64,000 bases of DNA, taken from Patescibacteria group bacterium. GTDB taxonomy: Bacteria > Patescibacteriota > Patescibacteriia > UBA9570. Under the pieces are notes generated by a model. It saw nothing but the letters and a program-made list of their open reading frames with translations, made no database searches and was not told the origin of the DNA. A program made the translations under genes and the position numbers. This document shows positions 1-10,437 of this stretch, one piece after another. Within the stretch, counting starts at the first letter, position 1. Each line of letters begins with the position of its first letter. Location: contig JBAYIY010000001.1 of the NCBI GenBank assembly GCA_041665365.1, positions 104,720 through 168,719 of the forward strand, written 5' to 3'.

Positions 1-741
1 AAAACCCTTCACAGCATTGATACTCAACATGGCTTTACCTAAATCGGCCGGAAGTTTATCAAACACGGGTTCACCTAAACCAGCTGGCACGTTTTTAATT
101 ACTCCCCTAATCACACCACCTAACGAGTCACCTTCAGCTTTAACTGTTTCAATCAGTTGAATCATTTTTTTAGCTGTCACCTGATCTGGACAACGGACAA
201 TATTTGATTCAATTTCTGTCAGGGACACTTTATTAAAATCAATGTTAGTTTTAATATCGCCCACTTGCTCCACATAGCTTAAAATTTCAACGCCTAACTT
301 TTCTCGTAAATACTTTTTAGCAATCGCTCCGGCCGCGACACGGGCTAATGTTTCCCTAGCACTGGCTCGACCGCCACCACGCCATTCGCGCAGACCGTAT
401 TTTTGTTGATAGGTTAAATCGGCATGACCCGGCCGAACAGCCTGTTTGAGATGGTTGTAATCTTCTGATTTGTGATCTTCATTATAAGCCAGCAACAAAA
501 TTGGTGTACCGGTAGTTTGGTCGTCAGTTACTCCAGACAAAATATGAATCGTGTCAGACTCGTTGCGCGCCGTGGTAATATTGCTTTGACCCGGTCGCCG
601 TCGATCTAACTCTATTTGAATATCGGCCTCACTTAATTTTAGTTGAGGTGGGCACCCATCGATGATTACACTAATCGCACCACCATGAGATTCGCCCGCC
701 GTAGTGATTTTGAAAAGTTGTCCAAATGAATTGCCTGGCAT
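1..741 (-). CDS. aroC: Chorismate synthase, N-terminal about 247 aa (C-terminus beyond window edge)
   Basis: Reverse-strand translation from ATG at 739-741 gives [23 protein letters not shown]...[43 protein letters not shown], a close match to the chorismate synthase N-terminus. Not in the ORF track because it is truncated by the window edge. Confidence 0.8.
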   Translation of the reverse strand, partial: MPGNSFGQLFKITTAGESHGGAISVIIDGCPPQLKLSEADIQIELDRRRPGQSNITTARNESDTIHILSGVTDDQTTGTPILLLAYNEDHKSEDYNHLKQAVRPGHADLTYQQKYGLREWRGGGRASARETLARVAAGAIAKKYLREKLGVEILSYVEQVGDIKTNIDFNKVSLTEIESNIVRCPDQVTAKKMIQLIETVKAEGDSLGGVIRGVIKNVPAGLGEPVFDKLPADLGKAMLSINAVKGF

Positions 742-744
742 AAT

Positions 745-1821
745 TTATGGTTTACAACCTAATTGAGTTAGTACTTTAAACACTACTTTATCAGACACTG
801 GGTGTGCATACTGACCGTTCACTTTATAGACCTGACCAATTTTTTTAAGTAAAATATAATAAACCAGACCGGCTTGAACTTTTTTATCAGAATGCGTAAC
901 AGATATAATTTCTCGGGCAGAATACTTACTAAATATTTGTTTGGTAATACCAAATTTTTGCAAGATTTTTTGTATCGCCAAATTTTCTTTTTCACTCAAA
1001 ATTCCCAGTGCTTGCGCAATTGAACATTCTGCAATAATGCCATAACCAACCGCGTAACCATGCGGCAGTGTATACTTAGACATTTTTTCTAAAGCATGCC
1101 CGATAGTGTGGCCAAAATTTATCACCCGCCGCTCGTTACTTTCATGTTCATCTCTCATCACAATAGCCGACTTAATTTTCACCGATCGCGAAATTATTTT
1201 ATCTAATTTATATTTATTAATTATTAATTTAACAGCTGCTCGATCGGAGGTTAAAAATGTTTTTAGAGCTTCTATTAATCCACTGACTTGTTGTGTGTGC
1301 GGCAAACCACGCAAACGATTCATATCCATAATCACGCCAACTGGCTGATAAAAAGCACCGATGGTATTTTTACCATACACAGTATCTATACCCACTTTGC
1401 CACCCACCGAAGCGTCCACCATGGCTAAAACGGTAGTTGGTACCTGGATATATGGTACACCGCGTAAGTAGGTGGCTGCCACAAAACCGGCTAAATCCCC
1501 CACTACGCCGCCACCTAAGGCAATAATGAGCGTATCCCGACCGTAGTGTTTTTTTAATAAAGTATGTTGCAGTTTAGTAACTTGAGGTTGAGTTTTGTTG
1601 GTTTCTCCGGCCGGTATAACTATCATATCAACATTTAACTTGGTCGTTTTAAGTTGTTTTAATAATTTACTTCCCTGATTATGGGCTAAATGTTCATCAG
1701 TAATTATCACTAACTTCTCAGCCTTCACTTGTTTAATAAGTTTGATTAGTTTGCTATCCAAATCTGACCCAATAATAATTGGATAGATACGAACATTAGT
1801 AGTTTTTATATTAAGCAACAT
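745..1821 (-). CDS. aroB: 3-dehydroquinate synthase
   Basis: 358 aa. Has the GGGVVGDLAGFVAATYLRGVPYIQVPTT NAD/metal-binding signature of DHQ synthase. Sits in the shikimate operon. Confidence 0.85.
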   Translation of the reverse strand: MLLNIKTTNVRIYPIIIGSDLDSKLIKLIKQVKAEKLVIITDEHLAHNQGSKLLKQLKTTKLNVDMIVIPAGETNKTQPQVTKLQHTLLKKHYGRDTLIIALGGGVVGDLAGFVAATYLRGVPYIQVPTTVLAMVDASVGGKVGIDTVYGKNTIGAFYQPVGVIMDMNRLRGLPHTQQVSGLIEALKTFLTSDRAAVKLIINKYKLDKIISRSVKIKSAIVMRDEHESNERRVINFGHTIGHALEKMSKYTLPHGYAVGYGIIAECSIAQALGILSEKENLAIQKILQKFGITKQIFSKYSAREIISVTHSDKKVQAGLVYYILLKKIGQVYKVNGQYAHPVSDKVVFKVLTQLGCKP

Positions 1822-2854
1822 ATAATTTTGTCATATCATAAATTAATTTTTCTGTGTCAAACCAACTCAAACACGGGTCAGTAATGGACAAACCAGATCG
1901 ATCAATTGTATTAGTGTTTAAAGCATCTAAGTTTTGTTTGCCTTCTTTGATAAAACTCTCGACCATAAAACCTTTTACTAGTTTTTTTAATTCTGAATTA
2001 ACATTCATCGTCGCCAGTGTTTCTTTAATCACCATCGGTTGCATCGTACAATCTTTCACCCCATTCACTAAACAATTATCATGGCTCGCATCAATTATTA
2101 TGGCCGGATTTTGAATTTTAGCTTTGGCGAACAAAGCGGCTGCCTCATGAATATATTCGGCGCCATAATTGGGCCCACTGGTTTTTCCCCGCAACACCAA
2201 ATGCGCATACGGATTACCGTTGGTTTCAACTTGGTAGCCATTAAACACCGCATTGTGTTGATACTGGGCAGAAATAATACCATTAACGGCAATGGCGATT
2301 GAACCAGTGGTACTATTTTTCATACCCACGGGGCATTCCACGGCGGAAGCAAACACCCGATGTTCTTGATCTTCCACACTGCGTGCCCCAATCGCTACCC
2401 AACTTAATAGTTCCACAAACCCTTTGGCATTGTGTGTAAATAGAGCCTCGTCAGCAATCGGTAAACCCAGCTCAATTATTTTTACCATCAAGCTACGACA
2501 ATATTTTATCCCCGCAGTAATATCCGATGGAGCAAACGGATCAGGTTGATTAACCGGCCCTGTCCAACCTTTGGTGGTGCGCGGTTTTTGAATATATACG
2601 CGCATCACAATTTTAATTGTATCCTTAACATTATCAGCGACTTTTTTTAACCGCGTAGCATATTCGAGCACGGCCTCTTTTGGCCAAGCCGAACACGGAC
2701 CAACTATCAACAATAAACGTTTATCCTGACCAGAGATAATATCACGTACTTCTTGCCGATCTTTAACAACGCGTTCGTGTCCCTGTTCAGATAAAGGATA
2801 GAGTTGAATAATTTCATCGGGTGTTGGAATTTTTTTTATAACAGTTATGTTCAT
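1811..2854 (-). CDS. 3-deoxy-7-phosphoheptulonate (DAHP) synthase, class I
   Basis: 347 aa. LLLIVGPCSAWPKEAVLEYATRL and GARSVEDQEHRVFASAVECPVGMKNSTTG resemble AroG/F/H-type DAHP synthases. Confidence 0.75.
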   Translation of the reverse strand: MNITVIKKIPTPDEIIQLYPLSEQGHERVVKDRQEVRDIISGQDKRLLLIVGPCSAWPKEAVLEYATRLKKVADNVKDTIKIVMRVYIQKPRTTKGWTGPVNQPDPFAPSDITAGIKYCRSLMVKIIELGLPIADEALFTHNAKGFVELLSWVAIGARSVEDQEHRVFASAVECPVGMKNSTTGSIAIAVNGIISAQYQHNAVFNGYQVETNGNPYAHLVLRGKTSGPNYGAEYIHEAAALFAKAKIQNPAIIIDASHDNCLVNGVKDCTMQPMVIKETLATMNVNSELKKLVKGFMVESFIKEGKQNLDALNTNTIDRSGLSITDPCLSWFDTEKLIYDMTKLYVA

Positions 2855-2858
2855 AATA

Positions 2859-4073
2859 TTATGTTGTTAACCATAACTCTATTTGTGCCCTACCTTGTGC
2901 TTCAAACATGGTAATACCAGAAATAGTTTTAGCCCCGCGTTGTTTAGCTAATTTCAACAGTTTAGTCTCAATTGGATTATACACTATATCAAAGACGGTC
3001 ATATGACTAGTAATGATAGATTCTAAGATTGGCTGCCAGTCAGGTACTGTATTTATAACGATATCAAGTGGTTGATTTAAACTAAATATTTTTCCACCGA
3101 ATTTTTCTATTAATTGTTTGGCTTTAAATTCAGTTCGATTTAAACAATATATATTACCTTGTTCAGATTTAATGACTGCCGCCACCGCATAAGCCGCACC
3201 GCCGGCTCCAACAATTAACACATTTTTATTATTTATTTTTATATCAGTCAAAGCATGCTTAATACCAATAATATCGGTATTATATCCAATTAGTACACCA
3301 TTTCTATTTATCACAGTATTAACAGCACCAACTGCTTGTGCCGGCTCATCAATTACATCTAAATATGACATAATCGTTTGCTTGTGCGGAATAGTGACAG
3401 CTACTAATGTTAAAGGTTTATTACGAATTAATTGAACTAGTTCTTCAATATTTTCACCGGCATAACTGGTCATCTCGGCATTGATCTGTTTAGTTTTGTA
3501 GATAGCATTATGTAATTTTGGACTCAGGCTATTAGTTAACGGAAAGCCAATTACACCGTTATGTATCTGCTGGGACAATTTATTAATTATATTTTCCACT
3601 ACAACATCTAAACTGTTGTTATTATTAATAGTCATTATGGCTAAAGCGTCGTAATGTGGAGTTCGTTCCAGCCACAGTTTTTGAAATGATATATATGGAT
3701 CAACTTCTTGCGGAAAAAAGGCCGGCCAACCATTCACCATAATGCGTTCAAACACCACACCTTTAGGAGCTGTCACGTTTATCACTAGATGATTTTTTAA
3801 TAATATTTGATTACGTAATTCGATGGGTATTCCTCCTCCGACTGCTATCACTCGTTGCGCTTCATTACTCAATAACTGTTTTAATACCTCATGTTCTAGA
3901 TCACGAAAATAGGCTTCACCTTGTGCGCGCATAATTTCCCGGCAGGATAAATTGGCTTGTGCGGCAATCACACTATCTGTATCCATGACAGGTAAATTAA
4001 GTTTATCGGCTAATAATTTAGCAATACTGGATTTACCGACGTGTTTAAAACCGATTATGACGATGTGTTGCAT
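2859..4073 (-). CDS. Bifunctional shikimate kinase / shikimate dehydrogenase (AroK-AroE fusion)
   Basis: 404 aa. N-terminus IIGFKHVGKSSIAKLLADKLNLPVMDTD is a P-loop shikimate kinase. Residues from about 170 (GVIGFPLTNSLSPKLHN ... NTDIIGIK ... VLIVGAGGAAYAVAAV) are a shikimate dehydrogenase with a Rossmann fold. Confidence 0.7.
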   Translation of the reverse strand: MQHIVIIGFKHVGKSSIAKLLADKLNLPVMDTDSVIAAQANLSCREIMRAQGEAYFRDLEHEVLKQLLSNEAQRVIAVGGGIPIELRNQILLKNHLVINVTAPKGVVFERIMVNGWPAFFPQEVDPYISFQKLWLERTPHYDALAIMTINNNNSLDVVVENIINKLSQQIHNGVIGFPLTNSLSPKLHNAIYKTKQINAEMTSYAGENIEELVQLIRNKPLTLVAVTIPHKQTIMSYLDVIDEPAQAVGAVNTVINRNGVLIGYNTDIIGIKHALTDIKINNKNVLIVGAGGAAYAVAAVIKSEQGNIYCLNRTEFKAKQLIEKFGGKIFSLNQPLDIVINTVPDWQPILESIITSHMTVFDIVYNPIETKLLKLAKQRGAKTISGITMFEAQGRAQIELWLTT

Positions 4074-5287
4074 ATAGCCCCTAAACTTTTTATCAGTTGA
4101 ATAAATGGTGGACAGGTTTTATTAATACTCTCGGCTGTAGCTATGGTGGTTTCACCGGAGGCGACTAACCCGGCAATGGTGAGTGCCATGACAGTGCGAT
4201 GATCATTATAGCCAGGCACAGAAGTTCCGGTTAGTTTACTTTCTTGAATAATTAACCCATCTGATAATTCTGTGACTTTTGCTCCTAATTTGGTTAAGCC
4301 ATCAAACATCGAGTGTAACCGATCAGTTTCTTTCAACCTTGCTTGTGGTACATTTATTAATTCAGTCACTCCATAAGCCTGGGTAGCAATTACCGCTAGG
4401 GTTGGCACCAAATCAGGTATGTCATTACAATCTATAATTTGACCAGTTAATTTGTTTCCACCGTGTATCACTAGCTGCCCTGTTGGTTTTTGAATAATAT
4501 CTGCCCCCATGTGTTGTAAAATTTCTATTAACCGTTTATCACCTTGCATGTCACTAAAATCCAACCCTTGTACAATTACTTCATCACCACATAACACTCC
4601 GGCCGCAATCAGATATGACGCTGAAGAAAAATCTCCGGGAATAGTTTTATTAAAAGCCTGATAGGTTTGTCTTCCAATAATTTTAAAAATATCTTTAGAA
4701 TCTATTTGGATCCATGAATATTTTATATTAAGTTCATCTAACCAGCGTGTGGTCATTTTCACATAAGGTCGTTCGTTTAAATTATTTACAGTCACGATAG
4801 AATCATGCTGTGCTAAAGGTAAGGCTAGCAACAAGGCTGAGAGATATTGTGAAGTGGTTCCATCAATATTTGTTGCGCCTCCCACCAAACGACCAGAAAT
4901 TTTTAATGGATAAATCGTTCCAGGAGTTTCTGTAATACTCATGCCCAACTCCCGCAAAGATTGCAGTAAAGGATCAATTGGCCGAACGCGCATTTGTTGA
5001 CTACAATCCAGTGTCACTTGGTCAGTCGTATCAAAACGTAAACCAAGCAAAGGTAAAATAAACCGAGTAGTAATACCAGAGTCGCCGGTAAAAATACTAG
5101 ATTTATTTTTGAGATCAGCCAAAACCGTGCGCGCAGTGTTTGTGTCATCTGATTCAAGTATGTTAGTCAATTCAGATTTACCTTGTGCCACACTAGCCAA
5201 CAACAAAGCCCGGATCGATTGCGATTTGGAACTTGGCACTACTACTGTACCAGTTAGATGTTTAGTTGATTTTACTATTATGTTCAT
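4055..5287 (-). CDS. aroA: 3-phosphoshikimate 1-carboxyvinyltransferase (EPSP synthase)
   Basis: 410 aa. LPSSKSQSIRALLLASVAQGKSEL is the AroA N-terminal motif. First gene of the minus-strand aro operon. Confidence 0.85.
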   Translation of the reverse strand: MNIIVKSTKHLTGTVVVPSSKSQSIRALLLASVAQGKSELTNILESDDTNTARTVLADLKNKSSIFTGDSGITTRFILPLLGLRFDTTDQVTLDCSQQMRVRPIDPLLQSLRELGMSITETPGTIYPLKISGRLVGGATNIDGTTSQYLSALLLALPLAQHDSIVTVNNLNERPYVKMTTRWLDELNIKYSWIQIDSKDIFKIIGRQTYQAFNKTIPGDFSSASYLIAAGVLCGDEVIVQGLDFSDMQGDKRLIEILQHMGADIIQKPTGQLVIHGGNKLTGQIIDCNDIPDLVPTLAVIATQAYGVTELINVPQARLKETDRLHSMFDGLTKLGAKVTELSDGLIIQESKLTGTSVPGYNDHRTVMALTIAGLVASGETTIATAESINKTCPPFIQLIKSLGAICNTSS

Positions 5288-5521
5288 ATATTTTACCTAC
5301 CCGAATAAAGAAAAAACCCCGGTGTTCCGAGGTTATTGTTTATGCGCGTAATGGTTTAATCATGCAGCCAAACAAGCCCCGGGTGTGGTAGGAGTAAAAC
5401 TAAAGTAGAAATTAAAGGATTGTGAGTGTTGCATGTGTACACAAAGTATCAGGCTAGTCATTTGGTGTCAATTAGCCCTGATAATATTGGTGTGGATAAC
5501 TAACATGTGATCTAAATAATA

Positions 5522-6211
5522 TTATTGCAATATTTCTTTTACTGTTGCGTCCACCAATATTTTCATTGTGTCAAATATTTTTAAACGTGGATGTTTCGGA
5601 ATTAATAATTGCAGGTCAGTGCAAGCCAGTGCTACACAGTCAACACTCTTATTTTCAAAGTCACTAATAATTTTAATAAGCTCCTCACGATCACGATTTT
5701 TTTGCTGACCAGTAACGAGATTAAGAATAAATTTACCCATTTTTGCCTGCTGCAAAGCGTCGGGTATAACATAGGTTATGCCATATTCCTCAAAGGCTGT
5801 TTCGTATAATTTATTCTCAATTGTTGCCGAGGTAGATATTATACCAATCTTTTTAAAATCTTTCTGCTTGAAATACTTTACAGTTTCTTCAACTATACTT
5901 AACATTGGGACATTGACAGCGTTCCTTATTTTCTTGATAAAAACATGGAGAGAATTACAAGGCATGACGATAAAATCGGCTCCGGCTTTTTCCAACCTTT
6001 TCGCCTCGTTGATTAAAAAAGGGATATACCGTTCAGAACCTTTGTTTTGTGTGATTAGATCCTCCTCGATTTCATAAGGCAAAGGCACGCTCGAGATTAT
6101 TATTCCCGGCCTAATCTTTTTATTTTCCCTATAACATGAAAAAACTATGTCGAGATAAAATTCCGCTGTTGTTTCTGGTCCGAGACCACCAATTATTCCT
6201 ACAGTTTTCAT
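5522..6211 (-). CDS. Aspartate/glutamate racemase family protein
   Basis: 229 aa. MKTVGIIGGLGPETTAEFYLDIV N-terminus is typical of Asp/Glu/hydantoin racemases. Has two-Cys active-site architecture. Confidence 0.65.
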   Translation of the reverse strand: MKTVGIIGGLGPETTAEFYLDIVFSCYRENKKIRPGIIISSVPLPYEIEEDLITQNKGSERYIPFLINEAKRLEKAGADFIVMPCNSLHVFIKKIRNAVNVPMLSIVEETVKYFKQKDFKKIGIISTSATIENKLYETAFEEYGITYVIPDALQQAKMGKFILNLVTGQQKNRDREELIKIISDFENKSVDCVALACTDLQLLIPKHPRLKIFDTMKILVDATVKEILQ

Positions 6212-6236
6212 AATAACTACTTAGAATTTTCTACCT

Positions 6237-6785
6237 TTAACTGCTCACCGGACGTGGAAACACTTCCAAACTCAATATTTTCGTAGCTTCTTTTGGTGAA
6301 AAGACTTTTTTATCTTCCAAAAGATGCACAATCTTGATGGTTTTTTTATCCTCAGTTTTTAATGGTTGAAATAGTTCAGCTTTAAATTCACCAAATTTTT
6401 CATCTAAGTAGGATTTGGTCACCATCTGAGTTTTGAACTCTGCTAGATCAGTTTTAGTAGCCATGGTGGACTTAATATTATCAATTTCCTTCTTTAGCTC
6501 ACCTTTCGTGACCATATTGGCCTCAATACGATCAAACCGTTGTTCATGGTGAATAGACATAGTCGCAACAGCTGAAACAAACTCGTCTACTTTTGATGAA
6601 ATGCTATCAACACTAACTTTAACACTAGCCACGTCTGATTTAACACTAGCCACGTCTACTTTTACACCAGCGACGTCTTTTTTTACCTCAGCGAGACTTA
6701 ATTCAATCTTATCAACCTTTGTATTCAAAGAATCTACGTTAATTTTAACCTCTTTAATTGTTGTTTGATTCGTGTTTTGTTCCAT
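6237..6785 (-). CDS. Hypothetical coiled-coil protein with VKxDVASVK heptad-like repeats
   Basis: 182 aa. Repeats VKVDVASVKSDVASVKVSVDSI, with the nucleotide-level tandem repeats visible at 6620-6700. Confidence 0.45.
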   Translation of the reverse strand: MEQNTNQTTIKEVKINVDSLNTKVDKIELSLAEVKKDVAGVKVDVASVKSDVASVKVSVDSISSKVDEFVSAVATMSIHHEQRFDRIEANMVTKGELKKEIDNIKSTMATKTDLAEFKTQMVTKSYLDEKFGEFKAELFQPLKTEDKKTIKIVHLLEDKKVFSPKEATKILSLEVFPRPVSS

Positions 6786-6881
6786 AAATACAATAATTTA
6801 ACGATGCTACCTTAAAAAAATGATACTGTCAATACTATAATTTTTTTGTAATTATAGTATTAGTGTGGATAAGTTAATTAA

Positions 6882-7679
6882 TTATTTTTTTGGGTAAGGA
6901 ATTGGAAAAATTCCGGTTAATTTAATAATGGCTGGTGCAGCAGTTTTGGCGTTTATTTTGGCAGTGAATTTGTACTTATCTTGTGTGACCAGTTCTTTTG
7001 GATCCATGTCAGAATGGTATTTGTTGATTAGATTAGCAGTTTCTGTGTCGATAAAATAACACAAAATATGATTGGCAGTTTCTACTAAACGCTCAAAAAC
7101 ATCAGTGCGATAATGCATGGATGTTTGATCAGATAATATACACAGGGAGCCTTTTTCTTGGTTTTGTATAATTTCTTCAACTATTGTTTCATAATTATGT
7201 GCTTCATCAAGCGCGAGTGTGCGATTTTTTCCTCCCACCACCTGCCAATACTGTTTCACTAAGTAGATACCAAGCTCTCTAGCCACAGCTTGCCCCAGAG
7301 TTCGGTAATCAATCTTACAGAGTAAAAACTTTTGCTCATCATTTTTCATTTCAGTAAAATCAATTTCCTGATGAAATTTTTTGATATTATCATCCAGCGT
7401 GCCTGGTTGAGCAGCAAAAACCGCCACCTTATTTATCTTGTCGGCGGGAATGTATGATTGAATATCTTTGACTAGATCACCGTAAGGTTCAATAAACATA
7501 CCGCCTCTTCCATTATAAATATCTGAAATTATTATACTTTCAAGTGTAACTGATTTACCACAGCCGCTGCGACCCAGTAGATGTAAAATTCCAACATGCT
7601 CTTCACGCTTTAAACTAAGTGTTTCTCCATTTTCTTGGACACCAAGTGGTGTTAATATTTTTTTAGTGATGTTTTTCAT
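6882..7679 (-). CDS. P-loop NTPase (DUF87/TraG-VirD4-like short ATPase)
   Basis: 265 aa. Walker A LLGRSGCGKSVT and Walker B LALDEAH. Confidence 0.45.
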   Translation of the reverse strand: MKNITKKILTPLGVQENGETLSLKREEHVGILHLLGRSGCGKSVTLESIIISDIYNGRGGMFIEPYGDLVKDIQSYIPADKINKVAVFAAQPGTLDDNIKKFHQEIDFTEMKNDEQKFLLCKIDYRTLGQAVARELGIYLVKQYWQVVGGKNRTLALDEAHNYETIVEEIIQNQEKGSLCILSDQTSMHYRTDVFERLVETANHILCYFIDTETANLINKYHSDMDPKELVTQDKYKFTAKINAKTAAPAIIKLTGIFPIPYPKK

Positions 7680-7696
7680 ACTATTTGTTAATGATA

Positions 7697-8377
7697 TTAA
7701 TTCTTCGCATACACACTATCCAGCAACCTATTAAAAAAAGACATGTCCTCTTCATGGTAGTATTGATTCAACATTTCCAAAACTTCTTCTCGGCTTTTGC
7801 CTTGGTCTTTTAGAAATTCAAATTGCTTGGTAAAAGTATATTGCTCCACTGGATTATTTGGATATGGATAGTCAGTTTTTAAATCCTCAAAAGCGAATCT
7901 TTGCATATTACCTTGATATGCTTCAGACGATTCAGAATCTAAAAAGTTTTGGCAATGCGCCAATTCATGGCATAACCAAGCAATTTCATCGGGTTTGTCC
8001 TGCACTTCAAAATAACTCTGTTTGACTAAGATTAGTTTTCTTTCAGCACTTGATTCAGATGGTTGATTGCCTTTGAACCATAAGTCATCCGGCACAACTG
8101 CAATCATAATCACATCCAATCTACTATCATTAAGTATCTCTCGCTGAGCTTGATAATGTTCTGGAAGATTGATTGCTTCCAATAATTTTATCCTGTCAGC
8201 ATTTTTTTGTTCAATACCGAGGTATTCCTGTAAATGTTTTTTTATTTCATGTTCAGCTGGATTAACTCGATCATCAATCTCAGGTAATGCGGTCAATATA
8301 ATATCAGTTGATTCTGGTTGTGAATCAATATGTTGAATAATTGTACCCGGACGAAAATGATTTTCAGGATCTTTCAT
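7697..8377 (-). CDS. Putative zincin-like metallopeptidase (HExxH)
   Basis: 226 aa. The only recognisable motif is CHELAHCQN (HExxH). Confidence 0.4.
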   Translation of the reverse strand: MKDPENHFRPGTIIQHIDSQPESTDIILTALPEIDDRVNPAEHEIKKHLQEYLGIEQKNADRIKLLEAINLPEHYQAQREILNDSRLDVIMIAVVPDDLWFKGNQPSESSAERKLILVKQSYFEVQDKPDEIAWLCHELAHCQNFLDSESSEAYQGNMQRFAFEDLKTDYPYPNNPVEQYTFTKQFEFLKDQGKSREEVLEMLNQYYHEEDMSFFNRLLDSVYAKN

Positions 8378-8400
8378 AAATAAAGATAAATTGAGACCTA

Positions 8401-9303
8401 TTACAATTTAACATGATCACTATCATCGATTAACGGGCTATTTAGAATCCTAAATTTCTTTTTTGTTTTCCAAATCTGTACCAACTCATCAAAGCTTTCA
8501 TCTGGTTCTAACATCAATTCAGCCAATTCATCAATCTCTAAAAAATCTTTCTCGGTTAATATATCAAATTTGTTTGCTACATAAGCCGGTATTTGCAAGT
8601 ATAGTATTTCATTGTTCATTAAGCAATGAAAATCATACAGTACCGCCCACAACACCGGCATAAGACCTTTATAACCTCCGGCGTTAATAAAATTATCTGC
8701 CTCTACCCTTCCTCGTCTTATACCAAGCCAAGTATCAGCGGCCCAATCAAATTTATCGTTAGGTATATTATATTGATCAAAACCAATTGTGCTATCAAAA
8801 AAACCATCCGCATCAAAAGTAATCCATGTTTGCTTTGTATTATCCCAGTACTGATTGATCCAATGATCACAACTGCCTTGGCAAAAATATGGAGCAAACC
8901 CAGATCGAACTCGGCATGGAATTTCTTTAGATTTTAGAATGGCTGCCATTAGAATAGCCACATTACGACATGTCACCACGATTTTATTTTCTACTTTTCT
9001 ATCAGATACAAAACCGCTGACGTCAAGTCTTAATAATTCTGCCGTCATCGCCACAGCCGTAGGTAAAACATCATCCTCACATCTTAATCTATACCACGGA
9101 AAATTATTCATATCACCATAACGCAAATCTTGATTGGCTTTTGTGTTACCTTCTTTTAAGGTCACGCGATGTATGATTTGATGACTTATTAACTTACCAA
9201 GTTCATTGACACTGTCTGGTAATGTTTGAAAAAACACTTTATAACAACCAGGGTTAGTAAAAGTACCAAACTCTCTATAGTGATTTAAAATTTTATTATC
9301 CAT
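8401..9303 (-). CDS. Transglutaminase-like cysteine protease domain protein
   Basis: 300 aa. Cys (CRNVAILMAAILKSKEIPCRVRSGF), His (CDHWINQYWD) and a downstream Asp match the transglutaminase-core triad pattern. Confidence 0.5.
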   Translation of the reverse strand: MDNKILNHYREFGTFTNPGCYKVFFQTLPDSVNELGKLISHQIIHRVTLKEGNTKANQDLRYGDMNNFPWYRLRCEDDVLPTAVAMTAELLRLDVSGFVSDRKVENKIVVTCRNVAILMAAILKSKEIPCRVRSGFAPYFCQGSCDHWINQYWDNTKQTWITFDADGFFDSTIGFDQYNIPNDKFDWAADTWLGIRRGRVEADNFINAGGYKGLMPVLWAVLYDFHCLMNNEILYLQIPAYVANKFDILTEKDFLEIDELAELMLEPDESFDELVQIWKTKKKFRILNSPLIDDSDHVKL

Positions 9304-9312
9304 ATAATAATA

Positions 9313-10437
9313 TTATTCAATCACAATCATCTTTGGTTGACCAGTGGCCATATTGGTTTCTGGAATAGTTAAATCATGAATCGCTGGTATTAAGATGTTT
9401 TCAGGAATATGATATTGTTCCCCATATCGCGTACCCGGATCATGCACAATAAAGTCACTCCCTTCATAACCAACCACCAAAAGCATGTGATAATACGGGC
9501 CGCCATTACGGTAGTGTGGGTTGTGTAAAGCCTGACCAAACACCGGCACAATAACTGGCTTCTTTTGAGCAATTGCAACGCGAATAGTAGTGGCACTAAC
9601 ATCAGTGGAAACTTCAGCCTGCAAATTATAGAACTCACGTGCGGTTCGAGCGGTTTCATCAGCCGAAGTATCTTCATGGTGTCCATAAGTTTTCATCTCC
9701 CACGCCACTATCGAGCTAATGTCATTATTGGCTTCGTCGGCAGACAAACTAGTACCATCTGCCCAGTTGTGTAACATAACCAAAATAGCTTCCTCGCAGG
9801 CTTCATTATAAGGTGAACTCCAATCCCCAAACGGCGCCTGAGCGGTAAAGGGTACATCAATAAATGCTGAAACAGCGGTGTCATTAAACTGATCAACTTC
9901 ATTTAACAAAATCTGGTATAAATTATCATCCGTAATACCCACCCCTAGACGACTCATAATTTTATAAGCATCGGCTGGGCGACCTAAATAATAGCGTCGA
10001 TTGTTAGCTGGGTTTACATACCAAGCCTCACCATGATTTTCTACTTGCAATAAAATGCGCCCACGCACCCGCTCCAGCAGTGCAGCATCTGCATCCCAAT
10101 TTGTGCCGGCTTGTGGTATGTCTGCCAACTGTTCATTAGTAATACCCAATCCTAAATAGCGCATGATAGCAAAAGCATCGTCCGGTCTACCTAAATAATA
10201 CCGACGTTGATCAACTGGATTCACGTACCAAGCCTCACCATGTTGCTCAACCTGCAAAACAATGTGGCCACTCACGCGGCTGGACACCGTACTGGCCAAA
10301 CTAATTTTAGGCAGCACCAAAAACATTATTCCTAAAAAAATAATGTTTACAATAATACTGTGTTTATAAATCGGCGTAGACACCACCGGAAATTTTAATG
10401 CGACCAAAAGCAAGAAATACCCAACTGACCGCAGCAT
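9313..10437 (-). CDS. Secreted C39-like papain-fold peptidase with two tandem about 66-aa HGEAWYVNP...RRYYLGRP repeats
   Basis: 374 aa. The likely true start is the internal MFLVLPKISLA signal peptide. Tandem repeat at the nucleotide level, about 9870-10275. C-terminus YYHMLLVVGYEGSDFIVHDPG is C39_2-like. Confidence 0.45.
   Translation of the reverse strand: MLRSVGYFLLLVALKFPVVSTPIYKHSIIVNIIFLGIMFLVLPKISLASTVSSRVSGHIVLQVEQHGEAWYVNPVDQRRYYLGRPDDAFAIMRYLGLGITNEQLADIPQAGTNWDADAALLERVRGRILLQVENHGEAWYVNPANNRRYYLGRPADAYKIMSRLGVGITDDNLYQILLNEVDQFNDTAVSAFIDVPFTAQAPFGDWSSPYNEACEEAILVMLHNWADGTSLSADEANNDISSIVAWEMKTYGHHEDTSADETARTAREFYNLQAEVSTDVSATTIRVAIAQKKPVIVPVFGQALHNPHYRNGGPYYHMLLVVGYEGSDFIVHDPGTRYGEQYHIPENILIPAIHDLTIPETNMATGQPKMIVIE

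Noticed and set aside
5491-6872. Calling oriC from DnaA boxes
   Set aside because: Only two single consensus boxes were seen, 1.4 kb apart. There is no dnaA or dnaN nearby and no box cluster, so the evidence is insufficient.
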